Virus record (IMG/VR): IMGVR_UViG_3300045988_089178
DNA from: a virus
Strand: one strand, 5' to 3'
Length of the DNA stretch: 64,000 nt
Position numbers and translations under genes: made by a program. Below the pieces are notes generated by a model, which worked only from the letters and a program-made list of their open reading frames with translations, was not told where the DNA came from and ran no database searches. Shown one piece after another: positions 1-12,665 of this stretch (its first letter is position 1; each line of letters starts with the position of its first letter).

Positions 1-940
1 AGCAGATTATTTAGTTCTATGTATGGAAAAGCAAGAGAAGAAAGAAAAGAATATATTAACAGATAATAGAATGGCTACTGTTAATAAAAGAGAATGTTCT
101 TTCGAAGGGCTTGCGTCATAGATGGAAAATGGCGAGGATGGCATTTATGGTTTAATGTCAGAAAATAAAAATGTTATATTTTAGCCAAAGATTTCTATTA
201 CACAGAAAGATTTAGATACTATACCATGTTTAAAATAGTTGAGAGAAACCATTAATGTCTGGGAGGGCGCTTTAAAACGCGCTGCTGGGACAAAATAGGC
301 ATATATGATGAAAAAAGCATTAATAGAGATGCGAAAAGATTAGTATATCATTAAGCAAGCATATTAGAAACCTATTATACCATGTAAATTAACGAGATCC
401 GTAAGAACTCATATTCCTCTTGATGATTAGAGTTATCTTAATGGACAGGAGGTAGTAGTAAAGGGTATTTCGCTAATGGACGCCAATGTTGTTTCTGCTA
501 TTTTATGCAATTATTCAAAATTAAAAGAGGATAGTTATGATTAGTTTGAGGGAGATACATGGTATTTAATTCAATCATTTGAAGAAATATGTGATAAAGC
601 TCTCAAAGACTTTCCAATCTATTTACGAATTGTTGAACTCAAAATTGATAAAAAGTAGAATAACGAAATATAGGAAATATTAAAAAATGAGTTTGGTAAA
701 ACATATAGCGTTGAATATATTTCTAGTCTATGGAGAAATAAGATTCCTAAACTCATTGCGGAAGAGGCTTTAGAAGATTTTTTACGTTGGTAGTATAAAC
801 AAAAAGGATACCCAATGAAAAAATGTTCTAAGTGTGGGCAATTAAAGCCAGCCCATAATCAATTCTTTTCAAAGAATAAGACAAGCAAAGATAACTTATA
901 TAGTATCTGTAAGCGCTGTCGCAATAAGAAAAGAGGTTGA
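1..940 (+). CDS. hypothetical protein, 5'-truncated at window edge; C-terminal CxxC...CxxC zinc ribbon; read through at least 12 in-frame TAG codons
   Basis: One reading frame (phase of nt 2) stays open from nt 2 to TGA at 938-940 if TAG is sense. The standard-code track shows only fragments (e.g. 815-940 MKKCSKCG...). Confidence 0.4.
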
Positions 941-946
941 TTATAA

Positions 947-2116
947 ATGAGCCATTATTGTAAAAAATGTGGTAAAACTATGGATGATACATAGTTTTAT
1001 ACATCAAAAAATTTAGAGAAGTATCCTCCAGATGGAAAGATGGATATTTGTAAAAAGTGTCTTACTATGCACGTAGATAACTGGGATCCAGAAACTTATA
1101 AATGGATTTTATAGGAGATTGACGTTCCATATATTAAAGAAGAATGGAATGGTTTATTGGAGAAATATGGAAAAGATCCAAAGAAAGTTACTGGATTAAC
1201 TATTATTGGACGCTATTTATCTAAAATGAAATTAAAGCAATGGAATAAATACGCTTGGGCAGATACAGAAACGCTAGAGAAAGATTCCATTGATAAAAAA
1301 GTTCTTAATATGAAAGCTCAAGGATTTACAGAAGATGAAATCCAAGAGCAGTTGTCTATTGATAGAACTCCTCCAAAACCAAAAGAATTAGAGGATGTTT
1401 AGGCCCCTGTAGGAACTCCAGAATATGAAGATCCAGAGGAAGATGATGATTTTGGTGATTAGCTAACCGAAGAAGATAAATTAGTATTACGTCTTAAATG
1501 GGGCCGCGGATATTCTTGGGAAGAAAGAGTAAGAATGGAGCAGCTTTACAATGATATGATGAGTTCTTATGATATTCAAGGAGCAGGCCATAAAGATACT
1601 CTTATTATGGTATGTAAAGCTAGTTTAAAAGCAAATTAGTTAATTGATGCTGGAGATATTGATGGCTTTTAGAAGATGCAAAAAGCCTATGATAGTTTAA
1701 TGAAAAGCGGCAAATTTACGGCTGCTTAGAACAAAGGCGAATCCGGTGAATTTGTAGATTCAATAGGTGAATTAGTAGCCCTTTGCGAAAGAGAGGGTTT
1801 TATTCCTAGATATTATACGGAAGGACCCCAAGATAAAGTAGATAGAACTCTTTAGGATTTATAGCAATATACTCATACTCTAGTTACAGAGGAAATGAAT
1901 CTTGGTAATATGATCGAAGCTTCGTTAAGAGAAATAGTTAAAGACAGAGAACGCGAGGCAAATATTGATGTTGAAGATAGCGATGAGGATGAAGATTTAT
2001 TTAATTACGAGCATCCAGAATTAACAGAAGAAGATTATCAAGAGTATGAAGATATGAAAGAGTAGGAAAGAGACAAAGATGAGGAAATGTTAAATAATAT
2101 ATTAAAGGAGGTTTAA
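947..2116 (+). CDS. putative small terminase / DNA-packaging protein (N-terminal CxxC zinc ribbon, acidic C-terminal tail); about 13 in-frame TAG
   Basis: ATG 947 to TAA 2114-2116, four nt upstream of the terL start. Track ORF 1157-1402 is an internal fragment. Position immediately 5' of terL. Confidence 0.35.
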
Positions 2117-2119
2117 TAT

Positions 2120-3865
2120 ATGGCATTAAAAGATTTATTAAACCTTTCAAATAATAATAAGAAAATTGGTCTTTCCGAAGAAAGAGTTCGTGCGATAATT
2201 CCAGCAGCAAGATAGTATATAGCTTTTTGGAGAGAATATCCAGATATGTTTATTGACTTTTTGTAGACCGGCGGAGACGAGACAAGAAAAAAAGAAATTA
2301 ATTTTTATTTTTATTAGAGAGTTTTCTTGCGGGCGGCCATGAGATATAAGTATGTATACATGGTATTTCCCCGTGCCTATTCTAAGTCATTCTTATCAGT
2401 AATGGTGCTTATGTGTAGATGTATATTATATCCTGGATGTAAGCTATTTATTACTTCTGGTGGAAAAGAACAGGCAGCAGGTATAGCAAAAGAAAAAGTC
2501 TAGGAAATTTGTAATGCGATTCCTGCACTTTAGAGAGAGATTGATTGGCGAAGAGGTAAGACTTAGGAAGGAAAAGATTATTGTAAGTATATCTTCAAAA
2601 ATGGATCTTATTTTGACAACGTTGCTGCTAGAGAATCTTCTCGTGGTAAGCGTAGACATGGAGGATTAATTGAGGAGTGCGTTGGTGTAGATGGAGATAT
2701 TTTAAATGAAGTTTTAATCCCTCTAATGAACGTTGATAGAAGATGTTTAGATGGATCTGTTCATGAAGAAGAAACACTCAATAAATCCTAGATTTATGTT
2801 ACTACTGCGGGGTGGAAAAATACATTCCCATATAATAAGTTGATTACTTTGCTAGTGCGCATGATACTAGAACCCGAAAAGAGTATTGTAATGGGCGGAA
2901 CATGGAGAATTCCTGTGCTAGTGGGATTACAATCCCGCAACTTTGTATAGGAGTTAAAACAAGATGGTACATTTAATGAAGCATCATTTGATAGAGAGTA
3001 TGAATCTAAATGGAGTGGCACCGTAGAAGATGCCTTCTTTAATGGTGATGCTTTTGATAGAAGTAGAAAATTGCTTTAGCCTGAATATGAATCTTCCGGG
3101 CGCTCTTCTGCTCAAGCATATTATGTTCTTTCTGTTGATGTAGGAAGAAAGAAATGTCAATCTGTTGTATGTGTATTTAAAGTAACCCCTCAGTCTCAAG
3201 GACCAGCGATTAAGTCTCTTGTTAATATATATACTATGGATGATGAACATTTTGAAGATTAGGCAATTAAGCTAAAAAGATTATATTATGATTATAAAGC
3301 TAAAATTATTGTTATTGACGGTAATGGACTTGGTGCTGGATTGATGGATTATATGGTTAAACCACAAATAGTGCCAGATACCAATGAAGTTTTTCCTGAT
3401 TTTGGTGTAGCTAATGATGAGGATGGAGAATACAAACGATTTAGAACAGATAATACAGAATATGATGCTATTTATGAAATTAAGGCAAATGCGCCAATTA
3501 ATACCGAAGCCCATAGCAATGTTTAGACATAGTTGCGGGCTGGAAAGTTAAGATTTTTAATCGACGAAAAAGTTGCTAGAAATAAATTACTTGGTACCAA
3601 GAAAGGTCAAGCCATGAAACCAGAAGAGCGGGCAGAATATTTAAAACCATTCACTTTAACTTCTATATTAAGAGAAGAAATGCTAAATTTGCGAGAAGAA
3701 AATGAGGGTGTAAATATTATTTTAAAACAGGCAAATAAGTCTGTGCCCAAAGATAAATTCTCTGCGCTTGAATATGGATTATATTATATTAAATAGGAAG
3801 AAGATAGTAAACGCAAGCGTAAAAGTAGAAGATTTTCAGATTTTATGTTTATGAGTGAGGTGTAA
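2120..3865 (+). CDS. terL: terminase large subunit (ATPase plus RNaseH-like nuclease), about 7 in-frame TAG
   Basis: SD AAAGGAGG plus ATG 2120. Motifs KRRHGGLIEECVGVD, VTTAGWKNTFPY, IVIDGNGLGAGLMDYM. Track ORFs 3341-3526 and 3533-3796 are same-frame fragments. Stop TAA 3863-3865. Confidence 0.75.
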
Positions 3866-3868
3866 GAT

Positions 3869-4225
3869 ATGAAGGCCAGTCGTGGAGAAATTAAAATTCA
3901 TGAGATATTAGAGCAAAATGGCATGAACTTTAAAGAAGAGTATGAGTTTCCTGGGCTGAAAGCACCAAGTGGCAGGCCACTTCGTTTTGATTTTGCTGTT
4001 TTTGATGATGATGGAAATCTTGATTTTTTAATTGAGTATCAGGGTAAATAGCATTATTAGGCTGTTAGTAAATTTGGTGGAAATAGAGGATTATACCAAT
4101 AGAAATATAATGATAATCAAAAGCGTAGATTTTGTGCATTAAAAGGTATTACCCTCATTGAAGTTCCCTATACGGAGGAAAATATCATCTCTTATGATTA
4201 TTTAATGAGTAAAGCTGGATATTAA
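3869..4225 (+). CDS. DUF559/Vsr-like PD-(D/E)xK endonuclease-like protein (possible homing endonuclease), 3 in-frame TAG
   Basis: Motif DFAVFDDDGNLDFLIEYQGK(Q)HY resembles the DUF559 xIVEVDGxQH core. Track ORF 3869-4051 continues in frame to TAA 4223-4225. Confidence 0.5.
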
Positions 4226-4242
4226 CACCTGGAGGTGATATT

Positions 4243-5868
4243 TTGTTAAAACGTCGATAGGAAGAAATAAGAGCTAAAGGTTTTGATCTACTAGATCGAG
4301 GTATTATTACTCGTTATCAATAGGAAGAAGATTTTTTGAACTATGATACTGTTGATTATGCAAAAATGCGAGTTGGATTACGGTCTGTGGATGATGCGCT
4401 TATTAATCTAGGCACATATAAAAAGATAAATAGAAATTATGGAGATAAAAAGTTTGTATTAAATGCTATTTATAAGCATGATTACAAGACTTTAAGAGAG
4501 ATTTCTAATTACTTTTATGAAAGTAGCGGTATTTATTATAGATTATGTAAATATTTAGCCTTCTTATATAGATTTGATTGGTATATTACTCCATACACAG
4601 TAGATGCGTAGAAAGATAAAGATAAGCTATTGAAAGATTTTTCAAAGGTCTTACTTTACCTTGATAAATCTAGTGTGAAGAGAATGCTTGGAAATATATC
4701 ATTAGATATTATTAAAGAAGGAGCTTATTATGGTGTAATTGTTGATTTTGGAGATAGATTTGCAATTTAGAAATTACCAGCTTCATATTGCAGAAGTAGA
4801 TATTTCTAGGGCCCTAATCCAATAGTAGAATTAAATCTTTAGTTTTTTGACACTTATTTTGCCAATCCGCAATATAAAATCTAGATATTAAAGATTTTTC
4901 CACAGGATATTCAAAAGGCATATATTCTTTATAAACAGGGAAAATTAAAAGGGGATTATCCAGGTGATACTACTGTATGGTATCCACTAGATCCTAGTAT
5001 TTCTGTAAAGTTTAGTCTAAATGATAATGAATTTCCTTTTCTAGCTGGGGTTATTCCTTCTATTATTGATTTGGATCAAGCACAAGAATTAGATCGTCAA
5101 AAGACAATGCAACAATTATTAAAAATTATTATTTAGAAGTTGCCTCTTGATAAAAATGGAGATTTGATTTTTGATGTTGATGAAGCAAGGGATATTCATA
5201 ATAATGCTGTAACTATGTTAAAACGAGCTATTGGTGTAGATGTATTAACAACTTTTGCAGATATTGAAAAAATTGATACAAAAGATAATAATTCTAATAC
5301 AACGACAGACGATTTGGAAAAAGTTGAACGTACAGTTTATAATAACTCAGGTGTAACTCATAATTTGTTTAATGCAGATGGCAATATTGCAGTTACAAAT
5401 TCTATTTTGACAGATGAATCTAGCGTAAGAGATATTCCTCTCATGTTTACAGATTTATTAAATCGAGTAGTAGAGAAATTTAATCGCAAAAATCATTATG
5501 AGTTTAGAGCGGAAATGTTAGAAACTACCTAGTTTAATTATAAAGAGTTATCTAAATTATATAAAGAGCACGCTCAACTGGGTTATTCTAAGATGTTGCC
5601 GCAGATTGCTTTAGGTCACTCTCAATCAAGTATATTAGCTACATTAACATTTGAGAACGAAGTATTGAATTTAGCAGAAATTATGATTCCGCCTATGAGT
5701 TCTAATACCAGAAGCGGAAAAGATTTGGGTAATAATAATTAGTCATCTAAAACTAATTCTTAGAATAAGTAGACAAGTTCAACTAATACTGATGGAGCCG
5801 GCAGGCCCAAAAAAGAAGATGGCGAAAAGTCAGATAAGACAATAGCTAATCAAGAAAGTTCGTCATAA
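4243..5868 (+). CDS. portal protein, about 14 in-frame TAG
   Basis: SD GGAGGTG plus TTG 4243. Track ORFs 4336-4611 and 5140-5532 are same-frame fragments. Size and position after terL; stop TAA 5866-5868. Confidence 0.6.
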
Positions 5869-5882
5869 AGGAGGGATTAAAC

Positions 5883-7142
5883 TTGCATATTAGTGTTCCC
5901 ATTTTAAATACGATGGAATATATTTAGAACACTTAGATTTCTCCTCTAGTTAGTAAAGGTGTCTGCAAAGTTTGCTACGTTGGGTAGCAACCTAACCGCA
6001 ACCATACTGTAATTACCAAAGAAGTGGCCGCGGAAATGGGACGTAAACTACCAGGAAGTCCTATTGTTGGATATTTTAATCATGAAATAAATGATTTTGA
6101 AGGCCACAACAGAGAAATTATTGTTCGAGATGGTAAGTTTGCTATTGTTGATACTACAAGACCATATGGATTTGTTCCTACAAATGCAAATGTATGGTTT
6201 TAGAAGTTCAATGATGAAGGCGTAGAAAGAGAATATCTTGTGACAGATGTATACATTTGGACTAGCGTTTATCCAGAATCTAAAAGAATCCTGGAGAATG
6301 GCAATAACCATTCTATGGAATTGAATGAAGAAAATCAATCAGGATTTTGGACAAAAGATGATAAAACAAATGAAAGAATCTTTATCTACAATGAGGCATT
6401 GATTGAGAAATTATGTGTTCTCGGAGAAAATGTTGAGCCTTGTTTCGAGGGAGCTCAATTTAGTTCTCAATTTTCTTTGGAGAATAATCAAGAGTTTTAG
6501 AAACTTAAAACTATGATGTATTCTATGATGGATCAATTAAAAGAAACTTTAAATAAAGGAGGCTCTCAAGAACCTATGGAGAATGAGAAGAAAGTACCTA
6601 CTGATTTCGAGAAAAATACTCCAAATCCAGAGGAGGATAAGAAGAAAAAGACTTCTGAAAATCCTGCTCCAGCCCCAGAGGGAGAAAAAGAAAAGAAAAA
6701 GGATGCTCCTCAAGGTAAGAAGTACAATCTTGAAGAAGTAACAGAATATACAGAGTTACTTACAAAGTTTACCGATTTAGAGACTAAGTATTCTGCTCTT
6801 GAGCAAGAAAAAACTAATCTAGATAATGAAGTTACAGCACTAAGAGAATTTAAACTTAATGCTGAACGTCAAAGTAAACAACAAATGATTGATAGTTTCT
6901 ATATGTTAAGTGATGAGGATAAGAAAGATGTCGCTGAGCATATTGATACTTATTCTTTAGATGATATTGAAGCTAAATTATCTATTCTTTGTGTTAGAAA
7001 TAAAGTAAATTTCAATCTTGAAGAAAAGCATAAAGAAGAAGATAATACCCCAAAGGGACTTTTTAATTTAAATAATCCAGAAACTGACAACGTTCCTGAT
7101 TGGGTAAAAGCAATTCGTGAAACTGCTAAAAGCAGTATTTAA
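5883..7142 (+). CDS. putative prohead protease fused to scaffolding domain (Glu/Lys-rich coiled coil C-terminal half)
   Basis: SD AAAGGAGGG plus TTG 5883. Track ORFs 6240-6500 and 6513-7142 are same-frame fragments separated only by TAG. Scaffold-like EKEKKKD / coiled-coil C-terminus. Confidence 0.45.
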
Positions 7143-7155
7143 GGAGGATTAAAGA

Positions 7156-7845
7156 ATGGCTAAGAGTTCTAAAAGATTAGGTAATGCCACTTTTGTCCAG
7201 TATGGATATGGTCAAGTGGAGCCAAACCATCTTTCCGCTCCAAGAAATGGTCAAGTATATGCTCAGCTTCCCGCAGCTAGCACTATTGAGATTCTTGAGA
7301 ACGGTCAATTTGTAAAGTATAATTATGCAAAAGGCGTATGCGATTTTAGTACAGAAGCTACTTCTGGCGCTTGGATGATGGTGTTTAATGAAGTAAAGAT
7401 TTATAGAGATCGCGAAACTGACGCTGATTTTGCTATGATTAAGGATAATTATAATGCTCGTGTATATAGTCCAATTGGACAAACAGTTTCTACACTTGCT
7501 ACAATAAGTGATTATACCGGAGAAGCTGTACGCGAAGGTAGTGATGTAGCATATAAGAAAAATATGGAGACATTTACTTATCCTGCATTGATGCCAGAAG
7601 GAACTAAAATGGTACCTCGCGTAATTAAGATTAGTATTGGTGATATTTGGACTACTAATACCATTAAGGCTAATGCTGGAGAACTTGCAGTAGGCGATCG
7701 TCTAAAGATTGATACTGATGGATATTTAACTAAAGATACTGAAACTTCTGCTAAAGGTGGAGATTTAGATCCTATCTTTGCAGTAGTAAAAGTGTATACT
7801 ATGCCAGATCTTCAACCTGGTGTAAAAGTACAGCGTGTAGGTTAA
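7156..7845 (+). CDS. hypothetical head protein (decoration-protein position between scaffold and MCP); no TAG
   Basis: Intact 229-aa track ORF with SD AAGGAGG; gene order as in lambda C-Nu3-D-E. Confidence 0.4.
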   Translation: MAKSSKRLGNATFVQYGYGQVEPNHLSAPRNGQVYAQLPAASTIEILENGQFVKYNYAKGVCDFSTEATSGAWMMVFNEVKIYRDRETDADFAMIKDNYNARVYSPIGQTVSTLATISDYTGEAVREGSDVAYKKNMETFTYPALMPEGTKMVPRVIKISIGDIWTTNTIKANAGELAVGDRLKIDTDGYLTKDTETSAKGGDLDPIFAVVKVYTMPDLQPGVKVQRVG

Positions 7846-7864
7846 TTGGAAGGAGTGAAGAAGA

Positions 7865-8917
7865 ATGTTAGATAAAGCTAATTTACTTAGTTTAATGAAA
7901 ACTGTCGCTAATGCAAATCCTTCTGGTACCTATAGCTATCAAGGAGAGTCTTTTAGCTATGACGCTTTAAATACCACTTTGCGTAATGAGCTAAATGAAT
8001 TTGTTGGCACAGATGAACTTTATAGAGAAAATAAAAATACTCTATTCTCTTTAATTGAGCAGACTATGGATGAAGTTGTTCCTAATCGTTTACTCAATTC
8101 TTATGGCAATTTTGCTGAGATTAGAACTTTCGCACAAGGCGACAAGCCTGTATTTACTCGTAGAACTGGACTTACTCGCGCTAAGCAATTCATTACTCGT
8201 GTGGGGCTTGCTGGTGTGTATGAGACCTTTAAGCTTGGTTCTGAGAGCTTCGAAGTTGGAACAAGCGCCATTGGTGGAGCTGCTCGTATCGGATTTGAGG
8301 AGTTCCTTGATGGAAGAGTAAACTTTGCAGAACTTACTCAAATTGTAACAGAGGGTATGCAAGAGCTTATTTATAGAGAGATTGCTCAAGCTCTTATGGG
8401 TTCTATCAATCAGCTTCCCGCGGCAAACCGTTGTGCTGTTGCTGGTTTTGACGAACCAACTATGGATTATCTTGTAAATACTGCTACTGCTTATGGTCAA
8501 CCAACTATTTATTGCACTCGTGAGTTTGCAGTAAAAATGATTCCAGATAATGATGCTTGGATTTCTGACAATATGAGAGATTAGTATTGGGGAACTGGTT
8601 ATCTTGCAAATTACAAGGGAACTAGAGTGGTAATTCTACCTCAAACTCTTGAAGATGAGACTAACTCCAAAAAGATGATTGATCCAGGTTATGCTTGGAT
8701 TATTCCTGGTGGAGCTGAGAGCCGTCCTGTAAAAGTTGCTTTTGAGGGTACTACCCACGTGCGCGAACGCGATGATAATGACGACTGGTCTCGTGATATT
8801 CAGGTTTACCGTAAGGTTGGTGTCGGTGTAATGATGGCGAATAACATCTTCTCTTATGTTGATACTGAACTTCAAGGCGAGCTTGATAATACTAACCCAA
8901 ATCCAAATAATGGTTAA
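7865..8917 (+). CDS. major capsid protein (lambda gpE-like), single in-frame TAG at 8582-8584
   Basis: Track ORFs 7865-8584 and 8627-8917 share a frame and are joined by one TAG; about 350 aa; followed by a strong terminator. Confidence 0.6.
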
Positions 8918-8922
8918 TTGAC

Positions 8923-8958
8923 AGGGGATAGGGAAATATCCCTATCCCCTTTTATTTA
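8923..8958 (+). terminator. rho-independent terminator after MCP gene
   Basis: 11-bp stem AGGGGATAGGG/CCCTATCCCCT, loop AAATAT, then TTTATTTATT. Confidence 0.7.
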
Positions 8959-8981
8959 TTGAGAAAAAGGAGATAAAAATT

Positions 8982-9515
8982 ATGAAAAATAGTTGCACTG
9001 TTTATAATAAGAGCGCAGGTCGTGTTGTATATAGATTGCCTGAATTGGGCGTGCGCCGTATGTTTTACCCTGGAGAACACAAGGAACTTGAAGTATCTGA
9101 ACTAGAAAAGCTAGTACAAACGCCTGGAGGCCGCAAATTAATTTATAATTACTTACTTGTAGATGATAGAGAGATTGTTGAATATCTTATTAATGGTAGG
9201 GTTGAACCAGAGTATTGGATGAAAGAAGAAGAGATTGATTCTTGGATGAATACGTGTTCTTTAGATGAATTTAAGGATGCTCTTGATTTTGCTCCAGAAG
9301 GCACTAAAGATCTGATTAAATCCCATGCTATTTCCCTTCCTTTAAATGATATGTCTAAAAGAGATGCTTTGGAAAAACAATTAGGATTTAATGTTACTAA
9401 AGCATTAGAATTAACAGCAGATGATAAAAAGAATCCTAAGGAAGAGAAACCTGTAAGAAGAGTGTCAACTACAAGTGAGGATGCTCCAAAACGCAGAGTA
9501 GCTATTTCTGATTGA
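8982..9515 (+). CDS. hypothetical protein, no TAG
   Basis: Intact 177-aa track ORF with SD. Confidence 0.5.
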   Translation: MKNSCTVYNKSAGRVVYRLPELGVRRMFYPGEHKELEVSELEKLVQTPGGRKLIYNYLLVDDREIVEYLINGRVEPEYWMKEEEIDSWMNTCSLDEFKDALDFAPEGTKDLIKSHAISLPLNDMSKRDALEKQLGFNVTKALELTADDKKNPKEEKPVRRVSTTSEDAPKRRVAISD

Positions 9516-9534
9516 TATAAGGGAGGTTATAGCC

Positions 9535-10077
9535 ATGGATAATAAGAAATATCCAATTTAGGGCGATCCGACCCCCTTTGAAGAAATTTATGATAGATTT
9601 TTTGGCAAAATTACTGATGATATGTATATGGAATGGACATAGGAAGATACTGAAAAAGATTTGTATAACATCCTAATGGATGCACTTCCTGGTTTTGAGT
9701 TCCCTCGTTTTCCATTATACAGTTTTACCAATATAGAAAATAATGATGAAGAGACTGGAATAGCAACTATTATTCCAGCCTTTTCTGCACATTTAACGAT
9801 AGAAGAAATAAATATTCTTGCTATTCTAATGTATAATACTTGGTTACAACGCCAGGTGGCTTCAATAGAATAGACGAGAATGAAATATTCTGGAACAGAT
9901 TTTAAAATGACTTCCTAGGCCAATCATTTAGCCAAATTAATAGAGTTGAAAAAGGAAGCAGAACGTCAAAGTCATCATATGCAGCGTCTCTATAAAAGAA
10001 GAAAACTAATTGATAATCAAGGCTCTTATAAATCAAACTGGTCAACATTAAGAGAGATGAGTGTTTTTGATGGATAA
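9535..10077 (+). CDS. hypothetical head-tail joining region protein, 3 in-frame TAG
   Basis: SD GGGAGG plus ATG 9535. Track ORF 9661-9873 is a fragment; stop TAA 10075-10077. Confidence 0.35.
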
Positions 10078-10378
10078 ATATGATATTAATTTCCCATTAG
10101 AAACAAAAGAGTAGGATTTAAAGAGATTGATTAATTAGTTATGGAAGTTAATTCCAATGAGAGAGAATAATGAAGACTGGGTAAATCATTTGAATGTAAT
10201 AACAGAAGAAATTAGTGGATTAGTTAAAATGTATAAAGATAGAGTTGAGGGACTTATTTTATTGTCTAAACTGGAAGGGTTATCTTCAAATGTCTGTAAT
10301 GATTTTATGATTTATCGAAAAACAGTCTTTAGATGTATTGATTTGTTGGCGTAGGTGATTAGAGATGACGAATCTTGA
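10070..10378 (+). CDS. hypothetical protein, 3 in-frame TAG; ATG overlaps upstream stop
   Basis: Track ORF 10157-10354 extended in frame on both sides through TAG; stop TGA 10376-10378. Confidence 0.35.
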
Positions 10379-11357
10379 ATTAATGCGAAAAAGATTTGAA
10401 TGGTAGGGTGGTATTCACTAGGAAGATAGAATGATCAAAGATAAATGGAGAACTCTTTAGAAAGCATTATTATATTCTTATCAAGCCTGTACTGTTCAAT
10501 TAGTCTAGAAGTCAACCTAGGTTTTAGATGCAACGTTAGATGCTGTTGATCCAGATATGAATATTTATCCTATGTGTCGTGCGCTTATTAATCCAGATAA
10601 AGTGAAACAGGACTATGATGATAAGATAATCTCCATAGATCATATTAATCAATATGAGCCTGGAGATGTCTTTGAGTGGAAAAAAACTGGCACTCATTGG
10701 ATAATTTATCTTGAAGAAATAACTGAGGACGCTTATTTTAGAGGGGAAATAAGACGTTGTAGATATAGAATTAAGTTTAAAGATTAGGAAGGGAATTGGT
10801 GTTAGACTTGGGCTGCGATTCGAGGTCCAGTTGAAACCCAAATCGAGTCTATTTAGAAGAATCAAGAAAGATTGGATAAACCTAATCTTAGCTTAAACAT
10901 ACTTATGCCAAGAAATGAAAAAACTATTCATGCTTTTGATAGATATAGTGAATTTTTGTTCGCTGGAAGATGTTGGAAAGTTTAGGCTCCAGATGATATA
11001 AGTATGAAGAATGTAATTGAAGTGAGTGCAGAAGAAGATTATATAAATAGAGATACTGATGATATAGAAAATAGTATGAAAGATGGTTTAATATTCGAAC
11101 CAGAAGATCCTACTCCAAATAGCGGGATTATGGGAGAGACTTTTATTAAACCAATGATAGAAGAATCTTATTCTGTAGAAGAAGCTAATGGAGCTTGGTC
11201 AATATTAGAAAAGAATGTTCCTGTAACTTTATGTCCAAATGGAAATAAATCTGTTTAGTTGGTGTGGAATAAAACTACTCATGGTCAATTCACTCTAGTA
11301 TGGAAGAAGGATAATACTGTACTGGAAAAAGTTATTGTAGTAGAATCTTTATTTTAA
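10365..11357 (+). CDS. hypothetical structural protein, about 9 in-frame TAG
   Basis: Track ORFs 10557-10787 and 11004-11258 are same-frame fragments; stop TAA 11355-11357. Confidence 0.35.
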
Positions 11358-11372
11358 GGAGAGTGAATTGAA

Positions 11373-11909
11373 ATGAAAAAAAATACTTATGAGTATCCTA
11401 AATCTAGTTTGTTAGGTATGTAGAAAGATGCTTCTCTGATTATGGAAAGAATACTTTCTAATTAGAATGTTTTGAAATTATTAACTTATAATACTAGAGA
11501 TTGGAAAAGTAAACCGACCGTTACAGGAGATATGATAAAGGAAATGATTGATACTAAGTAGATTTCTGCTGTTCCTAAGATAAAGGTTGATAGACCAGAA
11601 AAATCTTATTTAAGATTGATTTATGGCACTATGGTTAGAAATTCTACAAATCCTGAATATAGAGATAATACATTTGGTATTGATATTATTTGTCATTATG
11701 ATAATTGGGATTTGGGAGATTATGATTTACGACCTTATCGAATTGCGGGAGAGATAGATTCAATGCTTGATGGAACTCATTTAACGGGTATAGGAGAGCT
11801 AGAATTTGTATCAGCTACGCCATATATATATGATGAAGAATTTGCTGGTTTGTCTCTAACATATCTTGCTATTCGCGGAAATGAAGATAAGGTAAATCCG
11901 CTTGCTTGA
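11373..11909 (+). CDS. hypothetical protein, 3 in-frame TAG
   Basis: SD AAGGAGAG plus ATG 11373; track ORF 11616-11909 is its C-terminal fragment. Confidence 0.4.
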
Positions 11910-11925
11910 TTATAGATTAGCTTTA

Positions 11926-12651
11926 ATGGCCGGAATTGATATTCCCATTCCTGAATTACAACTTACTATTCACGTTCCCGTCATTAAAGAGATAGCTCTT
12001 ATGGGAGAGACAAAATTTTTTATGGCAGTTCAATATTTATGTTTAGATAAAGAATCATTAATATAGGACGAAACTCTTTTATCATCATTAACTAATTTTC
12101 AAGTATTGATGAAGGTGTTAGAATAGTCACAGGATAAAGATAAAAAAAATGCTGTTATTATGCTACTTACATTATTATTTCCTGATTATATACCAGTAAT
12201 AACTAGAAATTCAATAATTTTAACTAAGCAAGGAGAAAATTAGCCTTTGTTAATAGATGATAATAACTTTGATATTTTTCAAAGCGTACTAAAAGAGATT
12301 TTGTGTGTAAACAGTCTATTTTAGGGAAATAATGTTATCTATAATCCAGCTAATGACCGAGCTAAAGAAATTGCTGAAAAGTTAATGCGCGGTAGACGAA
12401 AAGTAGCAGAAATCAAAAGCAAAGGAAATAATGAGAGTGTTCTAACACGCTATATATCTATCTTGACAATCGGATCTAATACAATGAGTTTAGAGGATTG
12501 CTTAAATCTAAATATGTTTTAGATATTTGATTTGATGGAAAGATATAATGCGTTTATTGAATGGGATGTTGACTTGCGGGTTCGTCTTGCGGGCGGCAAA
12601 CCAGATAAACCAGTTGAATCATGGATGCGAGATATACATCCTAAAAATTAA
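11926..12651 (+). CDS. hypothetical protein, 5 in-frame TAG (alternative TTG start at 11902)
   Basis: Open frame ends TAA 12649-12651, immediately followed by SD AGGAGG of the next gene. Confidence 0.35.
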
Positions 12652-12665
12652 GGAGGAATTAGCTC

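Noticed and set aside
8055-8500. Track ORFs 8055-8321 (+) and 8090-8500 (-) inside the MCP gene; likewise 13326-13841 (-), 7177-7482 (-), 6048-6338 (-), 2001-3514 (- strand set) and 10536-10865 (-)
   Set aside because: These are antisense or alternative-frame ORFs lying wholly inside well-supported genes with RBSs and conserved motifs. They are low-complexity Ile/Leu/Ser-rich translations typical of AT-rich antisense.
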